A stretch of DNA of 64,000 nt, taken from contig OZ024747.1 of the NCBI GenBank assembly GCA_964016885.1, positions 35,464,001-35,528,000 on the forward strand, read 5' to 3'. The notes under the pieces are model-generated. The model saw only the letters and a program-made list of their open reading frames with translations, was not told where the DNA came from and made no database searches. The DNA is from Eledone cirrhosa (lineage: Eukaryota). This document shows, one piece after another, positions 1-13,622 of the stretch. The first letter of the stretch is position 1. The number at the start of each line of letters is the position of its first letter. Position numbers and translations under genes: made by a program.

Positions 1-506
1 CCAGTCTTGGGACACACAGTGTTTCTCCCAAACCTGACATATTAGGTTTCTAAGAAGCTGAAGAACATCCATCCCTGGCAATATTTCATTATTGAGTTAT
101 TTTACAACCACTCCCATTTCATCCAATGTAGGACTTTCTGTCAGGACATCATCCCCATTGATCTGAGAACGGCTATTCAATAGATATTTGGAATGTTTGC
201 TCCATCTCAAAGGGGTGTCCTTTGGGTCTTTAAAGAAGGAATTGCCATTTTGAGATGTTTGAGGTACATTTTGAGAAGAATAAAACCAGAGACTTTTAGT
301 AATAAGCTGTAAAGTAGTTTTGTATGGTTGGCATCCGCTTCAACTTGAATGTCCTTTGCTTTACTTATCCAACGCGTATTTTGCATACTTTGGAGCTTGC
401 GTTGTAAGTTACTCTTCGCTTCTTTCAACAACATTTCACTCCTTCCAGCTCCTTTCCATGCTCTAAACACTCTCGTCGTTGCTGTCTTTGTTTCATTACG
501 TAGCAC
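1..506 (-). mobile_element. RTE-like LINE ORF2 fragment (linker between endonuclease and RT), degenerate, runs off the window start
   Basis: ORF 207-506 has WISKAKDIQVEAD. Another minus frame reads LRWSKHSKYLLN...PTLDEM...LPGMD...LICQVWEKHCVSQDW, the typical pre-RT motifs of non-LTR elements. Contains stops and frameshifts. Confidence 0.75.
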
Positions 507-889
507 TTGAAATTTTCCTTCATTTGCGAATATTTAGGTTAGGCTGTATGTCATGTAATTCATAAATCAGCCCTCGATTAATTTATTTCCTATCATAAAT
601 GAGGTAGGCATTTCTAAAATATTTCCTTACAAATCATGCCCTAGACAACGATTTATCACCACTATCTAAAATATAAGCGACATCTATTGATTGTCTGTGA
701 CAACATAGATCAACTAAAAATACGCTGCTACGTATAGATTGTTGACATTTCTCTCTGAATTAGGATACAATTGATGAGTTATTTTATCTTTCATTCATCT
801 CAATCAACATAATATATATCTACTATCTTCAAACAACGCTTCTATTGAATAAACATACCCGCAGCGTTCTTTAAGCATATTTAATAAAT

Positions 890-1061
890 AATTGTTTCTA
901 CTTTTGGCACAAGGCCAGCAAACACCCAGTACATTACTGGTACTTTATTTTATCGACCCCGTAAGGATGAAAGGCAAAGTTAACCTCGGCGGGATTTGAA
1001 CTCAGACTGTAAAGGGACGTAACTATGCTAGAAAGCATGGCGTCCAACCCTCTACCTATAC
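890..1061 (-). mobile_element. tRNA-derived SINE (family S1), 5'-truncated
   Basis: Near-identical to copies at 4088, 12608, 55216, 59087 and 60265. B-box GAGTTCAAATCCC. Flanked by the direct repeat tttaataaataat (880-892, 1062-1074). Confidence 0.9.
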
Positions 1062-2439
1062 TTTAATAAATAATAAATTGTGTTACACTAGTGACTTGTT
1101 CCAATCTGCCAAACGTTGGAGCCCTTGGTGGCGTTGATAATATATATTTTTAATTTACAATCTAAGTTAAACAATAGCTGCATATTTCATTTGAGATGCT
1201 CCAGTGTCAATGAAATTCACTTTTAGAATACTTTGGATTAGGAATAAAGTTTTGTTGAAGAAAAAGAATATCAAACCAAAATAAAACATTTCCATTGGGA
1301 ATATTTCTTTTTGAAACAGGCGGACGTTCATTTTCATTTATTTACCATTTAGTTGGATGGGGTCAGAAACGCGCCAAAATACACTCATATGTTGTTATGC
1401 CGTTTAACTGCGAATATTTAAACAAGTATCGAAACACTGGAAATATCTTAAAAGGGCATGATGCAACCCGCTACAGAATATAACCATATTAGGATCATGA
1501 ATATTTCCTATGGAATATATCAACATAAATACAAAATAATTGTGTTAACAAAAACGTTAGAATCGTGATCGAGTGGAAGAACCAAATATTTACAATTGAT
1601 ATTGTTGAAGATATTTTCGTATAGTAAGAATCTTGTTGTAGGAAGTAGGTAGAATGATCTAACTACTCATAAGGTTGTCATAGAACTAAGTCCGTTAAGT
1701 GGAAAACATAATCCTTCATATAAAATCATGTAAAATTACGACGTCAATAACCGATTTCGGCTAATATCATTTATGACAATACTAGATTATATTTACAATT
1801 AATTCATTTGCCACGTCTGTAATCAAAGGTAAATGACCGCTCAATATGCTTTTAAAAATCAGTTTATGTGAAAAGCCGGTTTATATCCTAAAGGGTATTA
1901 GGCCACGTCACATTTCTTGAACGAATTCTGCCAGACATTATAAATAAGAAATAACTCTGAAAATAACATTTTAAAGGCAAATAAGTAAATTACCACTGGA
2001 TATATATATATATATATATATATATATCTGCGTGTGTATCTGTGTGTGTGTGTGTGTTTATGTATGTATGTGTGTGTGTATGCTCGAAACTAAATTGTCA
2101 GGGATATTAAGCGTGGTACAAGTTGGGACAAGGCCTTCATTTGAGTGATAGGTACAATGCATCATGCTAGCTGAGTAGTTGAGAAATGAATAGTCTTCCT
2201 ATCGGGTCAACGTGCCACCTGCAATCCAACTCATGCCCTTACAGCTTTGAGCCAAACACACACATATACACACAAACACTCAGTTATATTATCATGCATA
2301 CATACATACATGGAGATACTCACACACAAACATACACATACACATATATATATATATCTTATACTATATAAAAAATAATTTTGTTTGATTTTTTTGAATA
2401 ACTAATTCCCACAACACGTTTTCCTTCTTTCTAATGTAT

Positions 2440-2584
<145 letters not shown>

Positions 2585-3898
2585 AAATATAATTGCAATT
2601 TCGAAGGCGAGCTGTAGATCTTACAAAGGATATACCCACCACTAAGTTTTTGAATCGAATTACGACATGCGTGTGAGTGTGCTTATGCATGCATATATAT
2701 ATAAAATCGTGTCTATATACTTACATGTACGCATACACATATATACACACACGCACACACCCATATACATATATGTGTTTGTGTGTGTGTGTGCGTGTGT
2801 GTGTGTGTTGTGTATGTGCATGTTTATGTGTGAGTATGTGTGTTTGCATGTGCTCGCGTCTGTGTAGCATGTGCGTGCCCATGTTCATTAATTATGAATG
2901 CATTGTGTGTTTGCATGAAACATTAATCATGAAACTAAGACAAAAATACTCCGAAAAATACCTAGAATTATTTTACTGTAGCAGTTTGCCTTAAAATGTC
3001 AGTGTACACGCAACATTTTCACGTAATTAAAAATTAGTCACGTTAAATTTTATAATGGATGATGAATAAAAAACGATATAATAAACGCACTCGTTAAATT
3101 TCCAGCTTGTAAAACGCACAAAGAAAAAAGACAGGTAATAACATTTCGAAGATTTCTCTTTAAAACGTCACTACAAGTGTAAATTGTAAATCTCATTCTG
3201 GCTATCATTGTTATCACATTCTCTATTGCTGCTCATGCTGACCGCGCTCATAAACCCTGTAGTAAACAAACATCTAGATAAAGAAATCGAATTTACTGCC
3301 ATAAAGAAACAGAAGAAAATATTATGAACTGAAAAGATATAAACACATTCATAAACCTGTAGGAATAGGCGAATTTCAAACCTTATCTCTAAACACAAAC
3401 ATATCTGCTATAAATACGATTGGTAATAACGATCATAACGTTTGCAGAAATATCAATAAATACAACACAAAATAGTTTCTGCTTGAGAGCAGCTAGTTGA
3501 TTTTATTTCATACATTATTCTAATATTTTAAAATGTCATGTACTATGAGAATAGTTGTGATGAAATTGTAGTCGATTTACTGAATACATTGGAAATAATT
3601 TCTATTTATAAGCTACGCACATAATTGTGCCATAGGAAAACATATTACGTATGAAACGCTCTGACAGATTAATTATAATTAATCAGACAAATCTTAAAGG
3701 TAACATCTACGAACATTTTCTTTGAATAGCATCTACACAGAGAATGAGATTTGAGGACAAACATATATGTATAGTTAAACATATCAATTGGAATGTTGTT
3801 TGTCGGAATTATTTTCTTTCTGCATATTTTCTTCTGCATATTTATTTCGTTGGCTATACAATGGTTTCCTACCATGATCACTGATTAAACAAAATAGC

Positions 3899-4060
<162 letters not shown>

Positions 4061-4087
4061 TCTGACTTGATTGGTATCATTATTTTG

Positions 4088-4274
4088 TGGATTGGCAGTA
4101 TCGGTAGAGGGTCGGACGCCATGCTTTGACGTATAGAGTTACGGCCCTTGCCATTCTGAGTTCAAATCCCGCCGAGGTTAACTTTGCCTTTCATCCTTAC
4201 GGGGTCGATAAAATAAAGTACCAGTAATACACTGGGTAATTGCTGGCCTTGTGCCTAAAGTAGAAACAATTATT
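4088..4274 (+). mobile_element. tRNA-derived SINE S1 inserted into the PLE RT region
   Basis: A-box-like TGGCAGTATCGG and B-box GAGTTCAAATCCC. Duplication attattttg at 4079-4087 and 4269-4277. PLE coding sequence is continuous across the insertion when compared with the 54100 region. Confidence 0.9.
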
Positions 4275-6614
4275 TTGAATTCTTTAAATCGGAAAATTCC
4301 TCAACTTCGCGGTAGAATTTAGCGTGACGATTCCGTTTTTATTGTCTTAAACTGCAACTTAGTTAACCTTAATATTATTAAGAATAATATACTTGATCTA
4401 TTTAAGCACCATAACCTTAAAATTGAATTTGATAACAACGTCAAACTAGCTAACTTCCTAGATATATCCCTTAATATTGACACCGGCCTATATTACCCTT
4501 ACCATAAAGACAATGAGTATCTAATTTATGTTAATTATAAATCTAAGCACCCCACTAACGTGAAAAATGCTATAGTCAGCAATGTTGAAACAAAGAATCT
4601 CAAATCTATCCTCTAATAAAGTTATATTCGTCGCTAATGCCAATTATTATAACAATGCGCTTTCCAAAACCGGTTATCCTGATAAAATAAAATACAGTAA
4701 AGAAACCAATCATCGAAGGACTTATAGTAAAATAGTTAGTTATGAACATTCCAATAACTTAAATAAAAGACCTAGATACATAAATATGATTTGGTATAAT
4801 GCTCCTTTTTCTCTATCTATTCCTAGACTACTTTTTAGGACCTTAGATAAATGCTTCCCTCCTTCGCATATCTATAGTAAGATCTTTAACAAACATACAA
4901 TCAAATTCTCTTATTCTCCCACTTCCAACATCTCTAACATTATATCTAAACATAATAATAAAATATTAAATAATAAATTATAACCATCCAACACTGAACG
5001 TCATAATAATAGCAATAGTAAACCCGACGTCAATGTTAACTCTAGGCTAGATTCAGTAACTTTAAATACGACGTCAAACGTAACTTCGTCGAATGTTCAT
5101 AACACCAATCTAAATCAGGAAACTATAGTTCCTTTCGTAAATAACTTCTCCAATCCAATTCCTTCTACTAGGTCACTTGTTAATAATTCTGGTACTTTCT
5201 CTAATCGTAATTGTAATTGCCCTGTTAGAACTAAATATCCTCTTAATAACCAATGTCTTTATAAAAACCTAGTGCATGAATGTAAGCTTATAACTGGTAC
5301 TAATTCTTTTACCCATTTTGGTTCCACTTCCACATCCTTTAAAGCAAGATTTTATAACCACAATTCGTGTTTTAAATACCAACTTAAAAGAACTAACACG
5401 GCACTCTCAGAACTCATATGGTCCTTAAAAGACAAAAAAATATTAACTATAACATCTCTTGGAGGAAGGTTTGCAACGCCTTTCCTTACCGGAATTCTTC
5501 CCTATCCAGAACATGTAATCTCTGCCTAGCCGAGAAATTTACCATTATCTCTCATTTTAATTCTACAATAAATAGACGTACGGATTTATTTTCGCTCGGC
5601 TTGCATAATTCCCATAGAACTTGCCATAAAGTATACAGCTAATATCTCAATACATAATTAGTTTAAAATCTTCTTTTCTCAAACGCTTTTATATCTTTTA
5701 CAAATATACCCATCTTTCTACCTTATTTCAGTATATTATATTATACCATTTATAAATTCTATGTCGGTAGAGGTCCCCTATCTTTCTTCTTTTTTATCCT
5801 TTGTTTCTTTTTTCTTTTTTAATTTGTAATCTTTAATCTGTAACTTTTACTTCTCAATTACTTCTTAATTCATATTATTACTCACTATAGCATTTTTCTT
5901 TTTCCTTATATTCTTGGCTATATTTTTTTTAATATATACTAATATTACCATTAGTAAATTTTGTCAACATATATATTTTTTGACGTTATATACTTTTTCT
6001 ACCTTAAATTTTCTTCTTTCTTCTCTCCTTTCGTGCTCGTATTAAACCTATTATATACTTTTACATATTGCAATACATAAAAACAAACTTAAACCGTAAC
6101 TAATTCCTCTAAGTTCTTAATTAATTTAATCACTTCTTCATTAACCTTATCTCCTTAATATTTTTATTTTAATAATACATATCAATAAATTCTTTTTTCG
6201 CAGATATTATTAAACCCTTCAATATTTAAACCTTAAATAAATACTATTCTTAATTCCATTTTCTTTAATCATAAACATCACCATTCATAAACCTCATTAC
6301 CTTTTATTTCAAAAGCTTTTTAAATTATCTATTATCTTTCAACGGTTTGTTTTATATCTCTCTGTGACACAGTGTTTTCTCAGTTTTAAAGGCTATTTCT
6401 CTCTCTCTATCACTCATTTTTCCTCCTCTCCCATCTTTCCTTCTTATACTCCTCCCCCGTCATCCTTTATTTTATTTTCTTCCTCTTCCTTACCTTTTCC
6501 TACCCCCCTCCTTTTTTTCCCCAATCTCATATATCCATCTTACTTTATTTTTCATATGTTGATTTAACACTTCACTGCTCGCAAGTGTTTTTTAAGCTTC
6601 ATATCATGTCTCCC

Positions 6615-6680
6615 TATTTTATCTGTTGAGAACGTAAATATCATCCCATGATGATATTTGTTTTTGAAATGCGCATAATA
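6615..6680 (+). ncRNA. Type I hammerhead motif (degenerate) in the pseudo-LTR of PLE family A
   Basis: tattttat CTGTTGA gaacgt-aaatatcatc-ccat-gatgatattt-gttttt GAAA tgcgca TA ata. The copy at 54974-55013 supplies the full stem I partner ataaaata. Confidence 0.65.
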
Positions 6681-6711
6681 CATGGAACTCTTTTAACCAA
6701 TTTTTGATCTC

Positions 6712-6746
<35 letters not shown>

Positions 6747-6750
<4 letters not shown>

Positions 6751-7094
6751 AAAAAGAGATGAAATCGAAAATGCAACTGGAGTCTTATTTTTTAAAAAAT
6801 ATATATATTTATTTGGTTCCTTTACCGGTTTCGCAGTTCTTCCTTTTCAAAAGGTGAGTTGAGATGGAGGGTCTGTGGTTTTTCTCACCAGATGTGAGAA
6901 AAACCACAGACCCTCCATCTCAACTCACCTTTTGAAAAGCAGAAGAACTGCTTTTTTGGAAGGAACCAAATAAATATATATATTTTTTTTAAAAATAAGA
7001 CTCCAGTTGCATTTTCGATTTCATCTCTTTTTCTTTATACTTTCACTCGTGTAGGACACCTCGGTTATTTTTCATTTTGTAAAAAAAACCTCAC

Positions 7095-7101
<7 letters not shown>
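6747..7101. mobile_element. Fold-back (inverted-repeat) PLE-terminus or retrozyme-like insert in (TA)n
   Basis: About 140-bp arms (6747-6888, 6895-7037) plus a 60-nt tail found on the right side only. Each arm carries an HHR motif. Confidence 0.8.
6819..6964. ncRNA. Two inverted copies of a minimal type I hammerhead with a U3-A8 core
   Basis: Consensus of the arms (6819-6854 minus, 6928-6964 plus): cctt TTGAAAA gcag-aagaa-ctgc GAAA ccgg TA aagg. Each copy has one lesion. Confidence 0.65.
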
Positions 7102-7141
<40 letters not shown>

Positions 7142-7322
7142 TAATTTAATATATCTACTAACATAAGCGCACAGATGTAAGCCAATGCCAGCAAATACAC
7201 AGGTTATGTCATAGTACCTAGGTGGTTCATTGCAGGAGGATGCAGAACAATAATATAAAAGACGTAAAATAAGAAAATTTAAAAAAAAAATAAAAAAAAT
7301 AACTTACTTCCTAAAGTTTTCA

Positions 7323-7402
7323 CTCCAACTAATTAGTTTCTGCAATGGGATAAAGACAGTTACGTAATGAACTGTTGAGAATTTCATTGCGTCATCAGGG
7401 AG
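7323..7402 (-). ncRNA. Type I hammerhead, family B
   Basis: ctcc CTGATGA c-gcaatg..cattgc-a GAAA ctaattag TT ggag. Confidence 0.8.
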
Positions 7403-7743
7403 GTCTGTTCTCAGCCAAGTCTCCAGGCAATGCGCGGACAATGGGGACTCATATAAAAATAATAATAATAATTCGGTAAATGGAACATTATCGGGGACTG
7501 GATTCCAAGTACTGAAAATCTCGCTGCCACTGGTCAAATGGCCGATTCTAAAGAATCAATCACGTGACACTGAGGCTAGTCGGTAGGAGTGGGATGGTAA
7601 GATGACAGACGCCTACTAACACACCAACAATTTAGTAGTGGTTTTGGCAGTCCCCGATAGCTGTTCCATTTACCGAATTATTATTATTTTTATATGCATC
7701 CCCAGTGTCCGCGCATTGCGTGGAGACTTGGCTGCCAACAGAC

Positions 7744-7823
7744 CTCCCTGATGACGCAATGAAATTCTCAACAGTTCATTACGTAACTGGCTTTATCCCA
7801 TTGCAGAAACTAACTAGTTGGAG
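7744..7823 (+). ncRNA. Type I hammerhead, family B (one stem III substitution)
   Basis: ctcc CTGATGA cgcaatg..cattgca GAAA ctaactag TT ggag. Confidence 0.75.
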
Positions 7824-7880
7824 TGAAAATTTTAGTAAGTTAATTTTTAAAAATTTGTTTTAAAATTTTCTTATTTTACG

Positions 7881-8113
<233 letters not shown>

Positions 8114-8116
8114 TGA

Positions 8117-8331
8117 AGGCGTGTGGCTGAGTGGTTAGAGAATTGGATTCGCAAGCGTCAGGTTGTGAGTTCAATTCCTGGACCAGGCGATGCGTTATGT
8201 CCTTGAGTAAGACACTTTATTTCACGTTGCTCCTTCTACCTGGAGTTGCGACCGATAGATAGTATTAGCAATTGGAAAGACCAACGGAAACATTGTTCCG
8301 TCGGTCCGATTTGACGAAAGTCGATCGTTTC

Positions 8332-8332
<1 letters not shown>
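8117..8332 (+). mobile_element. tRNA-derived SINE (family S2)
   Basis: A-box TGGCTGAGTGG, B-box GAGTTCAATTCC, followed by tgtccttgagtaagacact, a conserved SINE body motif. Ends in (TA)/(TG). Confidence 0.8.
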
Positions 8333-8397
<65 letters not shown>

Positions 8398-9029
8398 CGC
8401 ATGAGTATTAAAGGGAAATTAATGGGAAATTAGGCTTTCAATATATGAAGTAACAAATATTCGAGATTTTACCATATCTGCCAAATGGGTCTCCTTTCTG
8501 TATACACATAATTTAGTTTCATATATTTGGTATACTCATTATTTCTGTGGGAAGCGAATTAGTTTGCAACGCATAAGGTGACTCATTATATTAAATCTAT
8601 AAATTTTATATCTTTCTCCATTAAACTTGTAGTAGCAGGATAAATAATTTAAATTATTTAAACAAACTTTGCTTTCTCTGGCATCATGGAACTCAGCCAG
8701 AAGAGAAAAACAGTTAACTTTGTGATAATTACTTTGTCCATTTAGGAAATAATTTGGAAGAGAATGCTTTAATCAAGTACATTTTATCAACTATGTGAGA
8801 TAAATACCCAGATACATATTCTCAAATGTGAATTTGGCTGGGACTGAAGTCAGTAAAATAGTATCAAACGGTTTATGAAAATTAACTCTGTGATTAAGAA
8901 GAATGTTTAACAACCAGGTGATTTTTAGATTGATCACATTTTGTACGATAAACGTAATTTGATTTTAATTGAGAACCAACTAAATGCAAACATTTATATG
9001 CATGAAAACAAGTATATAGTCCACGAATG

Positions 9030-9178
9030 TAGGCAGAGATATTAGAATGTCGTATAGGTTGTTTCGCGGTATTCGTTTCGGCTCTCTCAGCTCTGAATTC
9101 AAATCTTGCCAAGGTCATCTTAGTCTTTCATCTATTTGAGATCATTATACAGAAAACATTACCAGCCATGTACTGCGG
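9030..9178 (+). mobile_element. Diverged tRNA-derived SINE related to S1
   Basis: ctctgaattcaaatcttgccaaggtcatcttagtctttcatc aligns with S1 ttctgagttcaaatcccgccgaggttaactttgcctttcatc. Confidence 0.65.
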
Positions 9179-9296
9179 TGGATTTTCTCTCTATACCCTT
9201 TTCTCATATTCATTCTCTCACCATCTCTACTTTACCGGAATAAATCAGTTGTATTGTATATATATATATATATACACACACATATATATATATATA

Positions 9297-9481
9297 TTGG
9301 TAAAAGGAAAAGAAAATGCTGACAAATTGTTCCCAGAGAAAAATAGTTTAATTAGGAATAAGTAAAAATTAGTAATAGTATTGGTTAGTATTCAGTTTTG
9401 GTTTTAAGATTTACCGGTTGCGCATTTCTAATGCATTTCAAAAATAATTTTGAGATAGAGCACCCGTGATGTTTGCTCTAA

Positions 9482-9486
<5 letters not shown>
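9297..9486 (-). mobile_element. Single arm of the HHR-like terminus family found at 19146-19610
   Basis: Colinear with 19147-19345, TA-flanked, and contains ttaccggttgcgcatttcta. Confidence 0.8.
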
Positions 9487-9576
<90 letters not shown>

Positions 9577-9622
9577 CGTAAAATAAGAAAATTATAAAAT
9601 TAACTTACTTACTAAAATATCA

Positions 9623-9702
9623 CTTCCAACTAATTAGTTTCTGGAATGGAATAAATATATTTTCCGAAGAAAACATGGAGAATCATTCCGTCGTCAGGGA
9701 AG
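9623..9702 (-). ncRNA. Type I hammerhead, family C
   Basis: cttcc CTGACGA c-ggaatg..cattcc-a GAAA ctaattag TT ggaag. Confidence 0.8.
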
Positions 9703-10302
9703 ACTATTCTCATCTAAGTATCCAGGCAAAGCGTGGAATCTAGAAACTTATTAAAAAATAATTCAGTGGATAGAAAATAGTAAAGCGTGGACTGAATTCC
9801 TAGCCATTGAGAAAATCACTGCCTCTGCGTCGGTGGCAAATTCAAAAAGAATCAATCACGTGACATCGAGGTCAATCAGTGGAAAGTGGTTTGCTAATAA
9901 GACAGCGTCCTGCCTGCTACCATAGCAGCAGTCATGGCCAATATTGCTCGACAAATAATTTGGAGATAATTATAAAGAATTAATATCTAGTAACATATAT
10001 ATACATACAGATGCATATCAATGCTAGCAAATATATAGGTTTTGTCTTATAACTTTGTGGTTCAATGCATGGGGTTGCAGAACAATAATATGAGAGACGT
10101 AAAATATTAGCAAACCACTTTCCACTGATTGACCTCGATGTCACGTGATTGATTCTTTTTGAATTTGCCACCGACGCAGAGGCAGTGATTTTCTCAATGG
10201 CTAGGAATTCAGTCCACGCTTTGCTATTTTCTATCCACTGAATTATTTTTTTAATAAGTTTCCAGAATCCACGCTTTGCCTGGATACTTAGATGAGAATA
10301 GT

Positions 10303-10382
10303 CTTCCCTGACGACGGAATGATTCTCTGTGTTTTCTTCGGAAAATATATTTATTCCATTCCAGAAACTAATTAGTTGGAAG
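10303..10382 (+). ncRNA. Type I hammerhead, family C
   Basis: cttcc CTGACGA cggaatg..cattcca GAAA ctaattag TT ggaag. Confidence 0.8.
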
Positions 10383-11161
10383 TGATATTTTAGTAAGTAA
10401 GTTAATTTTATAATATTCTTATTTTACGTCTCTCATATTATTGTTCTGCAACCCCATGCATTGAACCGCAAAGTTACTAAGACAAACCTATATATTTGCT
10501 AGCATTGATATGCATCTGTATGTATATATATGTCACTAGATATTAATTCTTTATATATATATATATATATATATATAAATACACATATAGAAAACTCTAT
10601 AGAACCATTCAGATAAATGTTGAATCATGAAATCGTGGAATTGCTCACATTTTAATATTCATTTCAATTTTAATATATATTTTAACACATACATATTCAC
10701 AGGGTTTACATGGGTTTCACAGACTCATAATTGCGAGAATGACCTAGGTAATTTTATACGTACTATCTTTGTTGCCGAAGTGTGTAGCTGGTTACTCCGA
10801 CATTAAACAAGGATTTATTAAATTAAGGGAGAGAAGAGAACCCAATCAATAAACTACCATGAATCCAGCACATATATGATTGATCGAATGCTAACAAACG
10901 CAAATAATGTTTGTACGTAACACATTGAAAACCTAATTAAAGTTTTTAATTTATGGTTTGCTTTTTGATATAATTAGGTAATGTAAACAACAGCCGATCT
11001 GCAACATTAACGATTTATACATTGAACAGAATTGAGAAAATGAATTTTAAAAAAATTGACTATGATGAACTGATATACACGGGAGTACCTAACTAGGTGT
11101 TACAGAAAGTAAGAGGGTCCGGAAAAAGAGGTGGCATATGTACTAAAAAAGCGTTACATTT

Positions 11162-11196
<35 letters not shown>

Positions 11197-12607
11197 ATTA
11201 CAAGGTATGAGGAAATAATAGACAAAATTACACCTATTTTTTCTTCAACGTCCCGCCTGCAGTTTCGCCGATCCGTGTGTAAAGTCTGCACTATAAAAAT
11301 GTATCATCGATGTGAGGCTAATACGTCTTATAAAGAGACTCCTCAGAAAAAGGACTGTTTCTTTCGTAGCAAGTGAGAATATATCGAAAGGCAGAGGTAG
11401 AATTTAATACATGATACAGTGTTCACTGTTGGGTAGTAAGGTGGAGAATGAGTGAATAACGTATTTGCTAGGAAAGCATTTCATACATCCCTGGGTTAAC
11501 TCGACCATATGGGAGTTTGGGACAATATAATAATGAAATATACACAAATATTCGCAATATATTTATATATACATTTACATTATAATCATTGCATATAAAT
11601 ATATTTCTTCACATTGTACGAATTTAGTATTTTCAATAAGCAGCTATTATTTGAATTATATCATATATTATATTTACCATATAACCGTTTTTCTTGTAAA
11701 ATGTGTAAACATTTTATCTCTGGCATTTATTCCCCTGGGCTTTATGTCTATTCACCAACAATACTTACCGTCTACTTTCATATGAAAACTAAAACTGTAT
11801 CTAACATTCAGTTATGATGTTTTATTTGTATGGCAATTTTATTTTTCCTTTTATAAATGGGCTGTTAAATCATATAAATTACTATAGACTGACAAGTAGC
11901 AGCCTATAAATTAATAAAGTTTGCAAATATAAAGATATATAACATTTCTAAACAGACACTCGTTGAAAATTAAAACTCGTATTAACGGTTAATATCCTGT
12001 AATAGTCACTTGCCATTCGATCCGTGGAAATTGTTTATATTATATTAAAATGCATAATTATATTACGAACGGGTTGAAGGTTATAGAGATAACCAAAGCA
12101 ACAGAATAACAGACTAAATGTATCAAATATTTCAATTTATTTCTTATGGTTTTCTAATGGTCTTCAACAAGTTTAGACAAATTTAACCTACCTTAGTAGA
12201 ATCTATGCTTAAGAGAAATGTTTTAGATATTCTATGGCAATGGATTGACGGAATCTGTGAAGCTTCAGGCAAAATGTCTTCCACTATTTAGCTCAACAAT
12301 TAACGACATAAGTACAAATCTCATCTTTGTCAACTTTACAATTAAGTCATCAATACAGCCTTGATCAAATCGGCACCTTTCGTATTCTGTGTCTATATAA
12401 TCATATATACTTCATCGAATTGCATTGGAATTTCTGAACCCCGGCATTTTCTAGAAGTGAGAGTGCGGCACAAGTGAGAAATAAAATATACTGCTGGCTA
12501 CATGTTATTTTGGCGTTTTTGTTTTCTGCCTAATACATTGACGGTAACTATATGTTGGTTTAGTAAAAATGAATGAAGGAATATGAAATCCCATTTTGCT
12601 AAATATT

Positions 12608-12796
12608 AATTGTTTCTACGTTTGGCACAAGGCCAGAAATTACCCAGTGTATTACTGGTACTTTATTTTATCGACCCCGTAAGGATGAAAGGCAAAGTTA
12701 ACCTCGGCGGGATTTGAACTCAGAATGGCAAGGGCCGTAACTCTATGCGTCAAAGCATGGCGTCCGACCCTCTACCGATACTGCCAATCCACCGCC
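12608..12796 (-). mobile_element. Full-length tRNA-derived SINE S1
   Basis: Family match, with a TSD of about 20 bp (ccattttgctaaatattaat at 12591-12610 and 12796-12815). Confidence 0.92.
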
Positions 12797-12942
12797 CATT
12801 TTGCTAAATATTAATGATATATACTATACACATAAGCTTGCATATTGTGTTGTTGTGTCACTTACTCTCTTTCTCTCTCTCTCCACCCCTCTCTCTCTAT
12901 ATATATCCCTCTTTGTTTCTCTTGCTCTCTCTCTCTCTCTCC

Positions 12943-13028
<86 letters not shown>

Positions 13029-13540
13029 CAATTAGATTCGTGCCAGATGTTTTCATATTCAAATTGCTTAGCTATCTACTGTGTCTCAACATTTTAATTG
13101 CCGTTAGAATAGGCAACATTCAGCTGTATAAAACCAAATAGACACATACCTCCACAGACTGTACCTAGGGCAGTGTCAGTTTCACTTGAAGCCCATTATA
13201 ACAATATCAGACGCAGAATATGGTGTATGTGAATGTCAGTTCATGTGGATTGAACGTGTATTTAAAATTATATTTGAATTCTAGTATAGCTTTTATTGAA
13301 GCAAAGTTGTTTTTGACAAATACACAGAGTAACGTTGATGGCAAACTGTGGAGGTGTGTTGAGAATATTTAGAGAGAAACAAATTGTAGAACATTGAATA
13401 TTCCTCAAGATATACAAGAACCATGAAAACTCCCCAAAGAGTTCATTATTCAAGTAAATTAATATAACTTTCTACACCCAGTTGAGACGAGAACGATTTC
13501 TATTACACACACATATAAATATATATACACACACACACGC

Positions 13541-13571
<31 letters not shown>

Positions 13572-13573
13572 GA

Positions 13574-13622
<49 letters not shown>

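Larger units (their letters stand above)
4061..6712 (+). mobile_element. Penelope-like element (Hydra-like, family A), 5'-truncated and degenerate: RT C-terminal part, GIY-YIG, 3' UTR and pseudo-LTR
   Basis: Motifs DLIG, RDD, NFLDISLN, YYPYHK, WYNAPFS, CNCPVRTKYPL, HFGSTSTSFKARFYNH, CNLCLAE. Closely similar to the ORFs at 52864-55033. Interrupted by a SINE at 4088. Confidence 0.9.
9571..10553. mobile_element. HHR-containing non-coding element, family C (relative of B): about 521-nt tandem unit on minus plus an inverted copy
   Basis: gagagacgtaaaata recurs at 9571 and 10092. 10104-10553 is the reverse complement of the left arm. Flanked by (TA)n. Confidence 0.85.

Noticed and set aside
4088-4180. 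tRNA gene calls at A-box and B-box sequences (also 8117)
   Set aside because: They are SINE heads: no complete cloverleaf, and they continue into repeated bodies, with TSDs at the S1 copies.
6747-7040. Interpretation of the fold-backs as MITEs with terminal inverted repeats
   Set aside because: The arms are asymmetric with a one-sided tail, inversion points vary within a family, single arms exist (9297, 38305), and they contain HHR motifs; this fits retro-insertion better.
11263-11372. Possible exon (cctgcag acceptor, gtgaga donor) encoding FRRSVCKVCTIKMYHRC...
   Set aside because: No recognisable homology and no partner exons; cannot be supported without transcripts.
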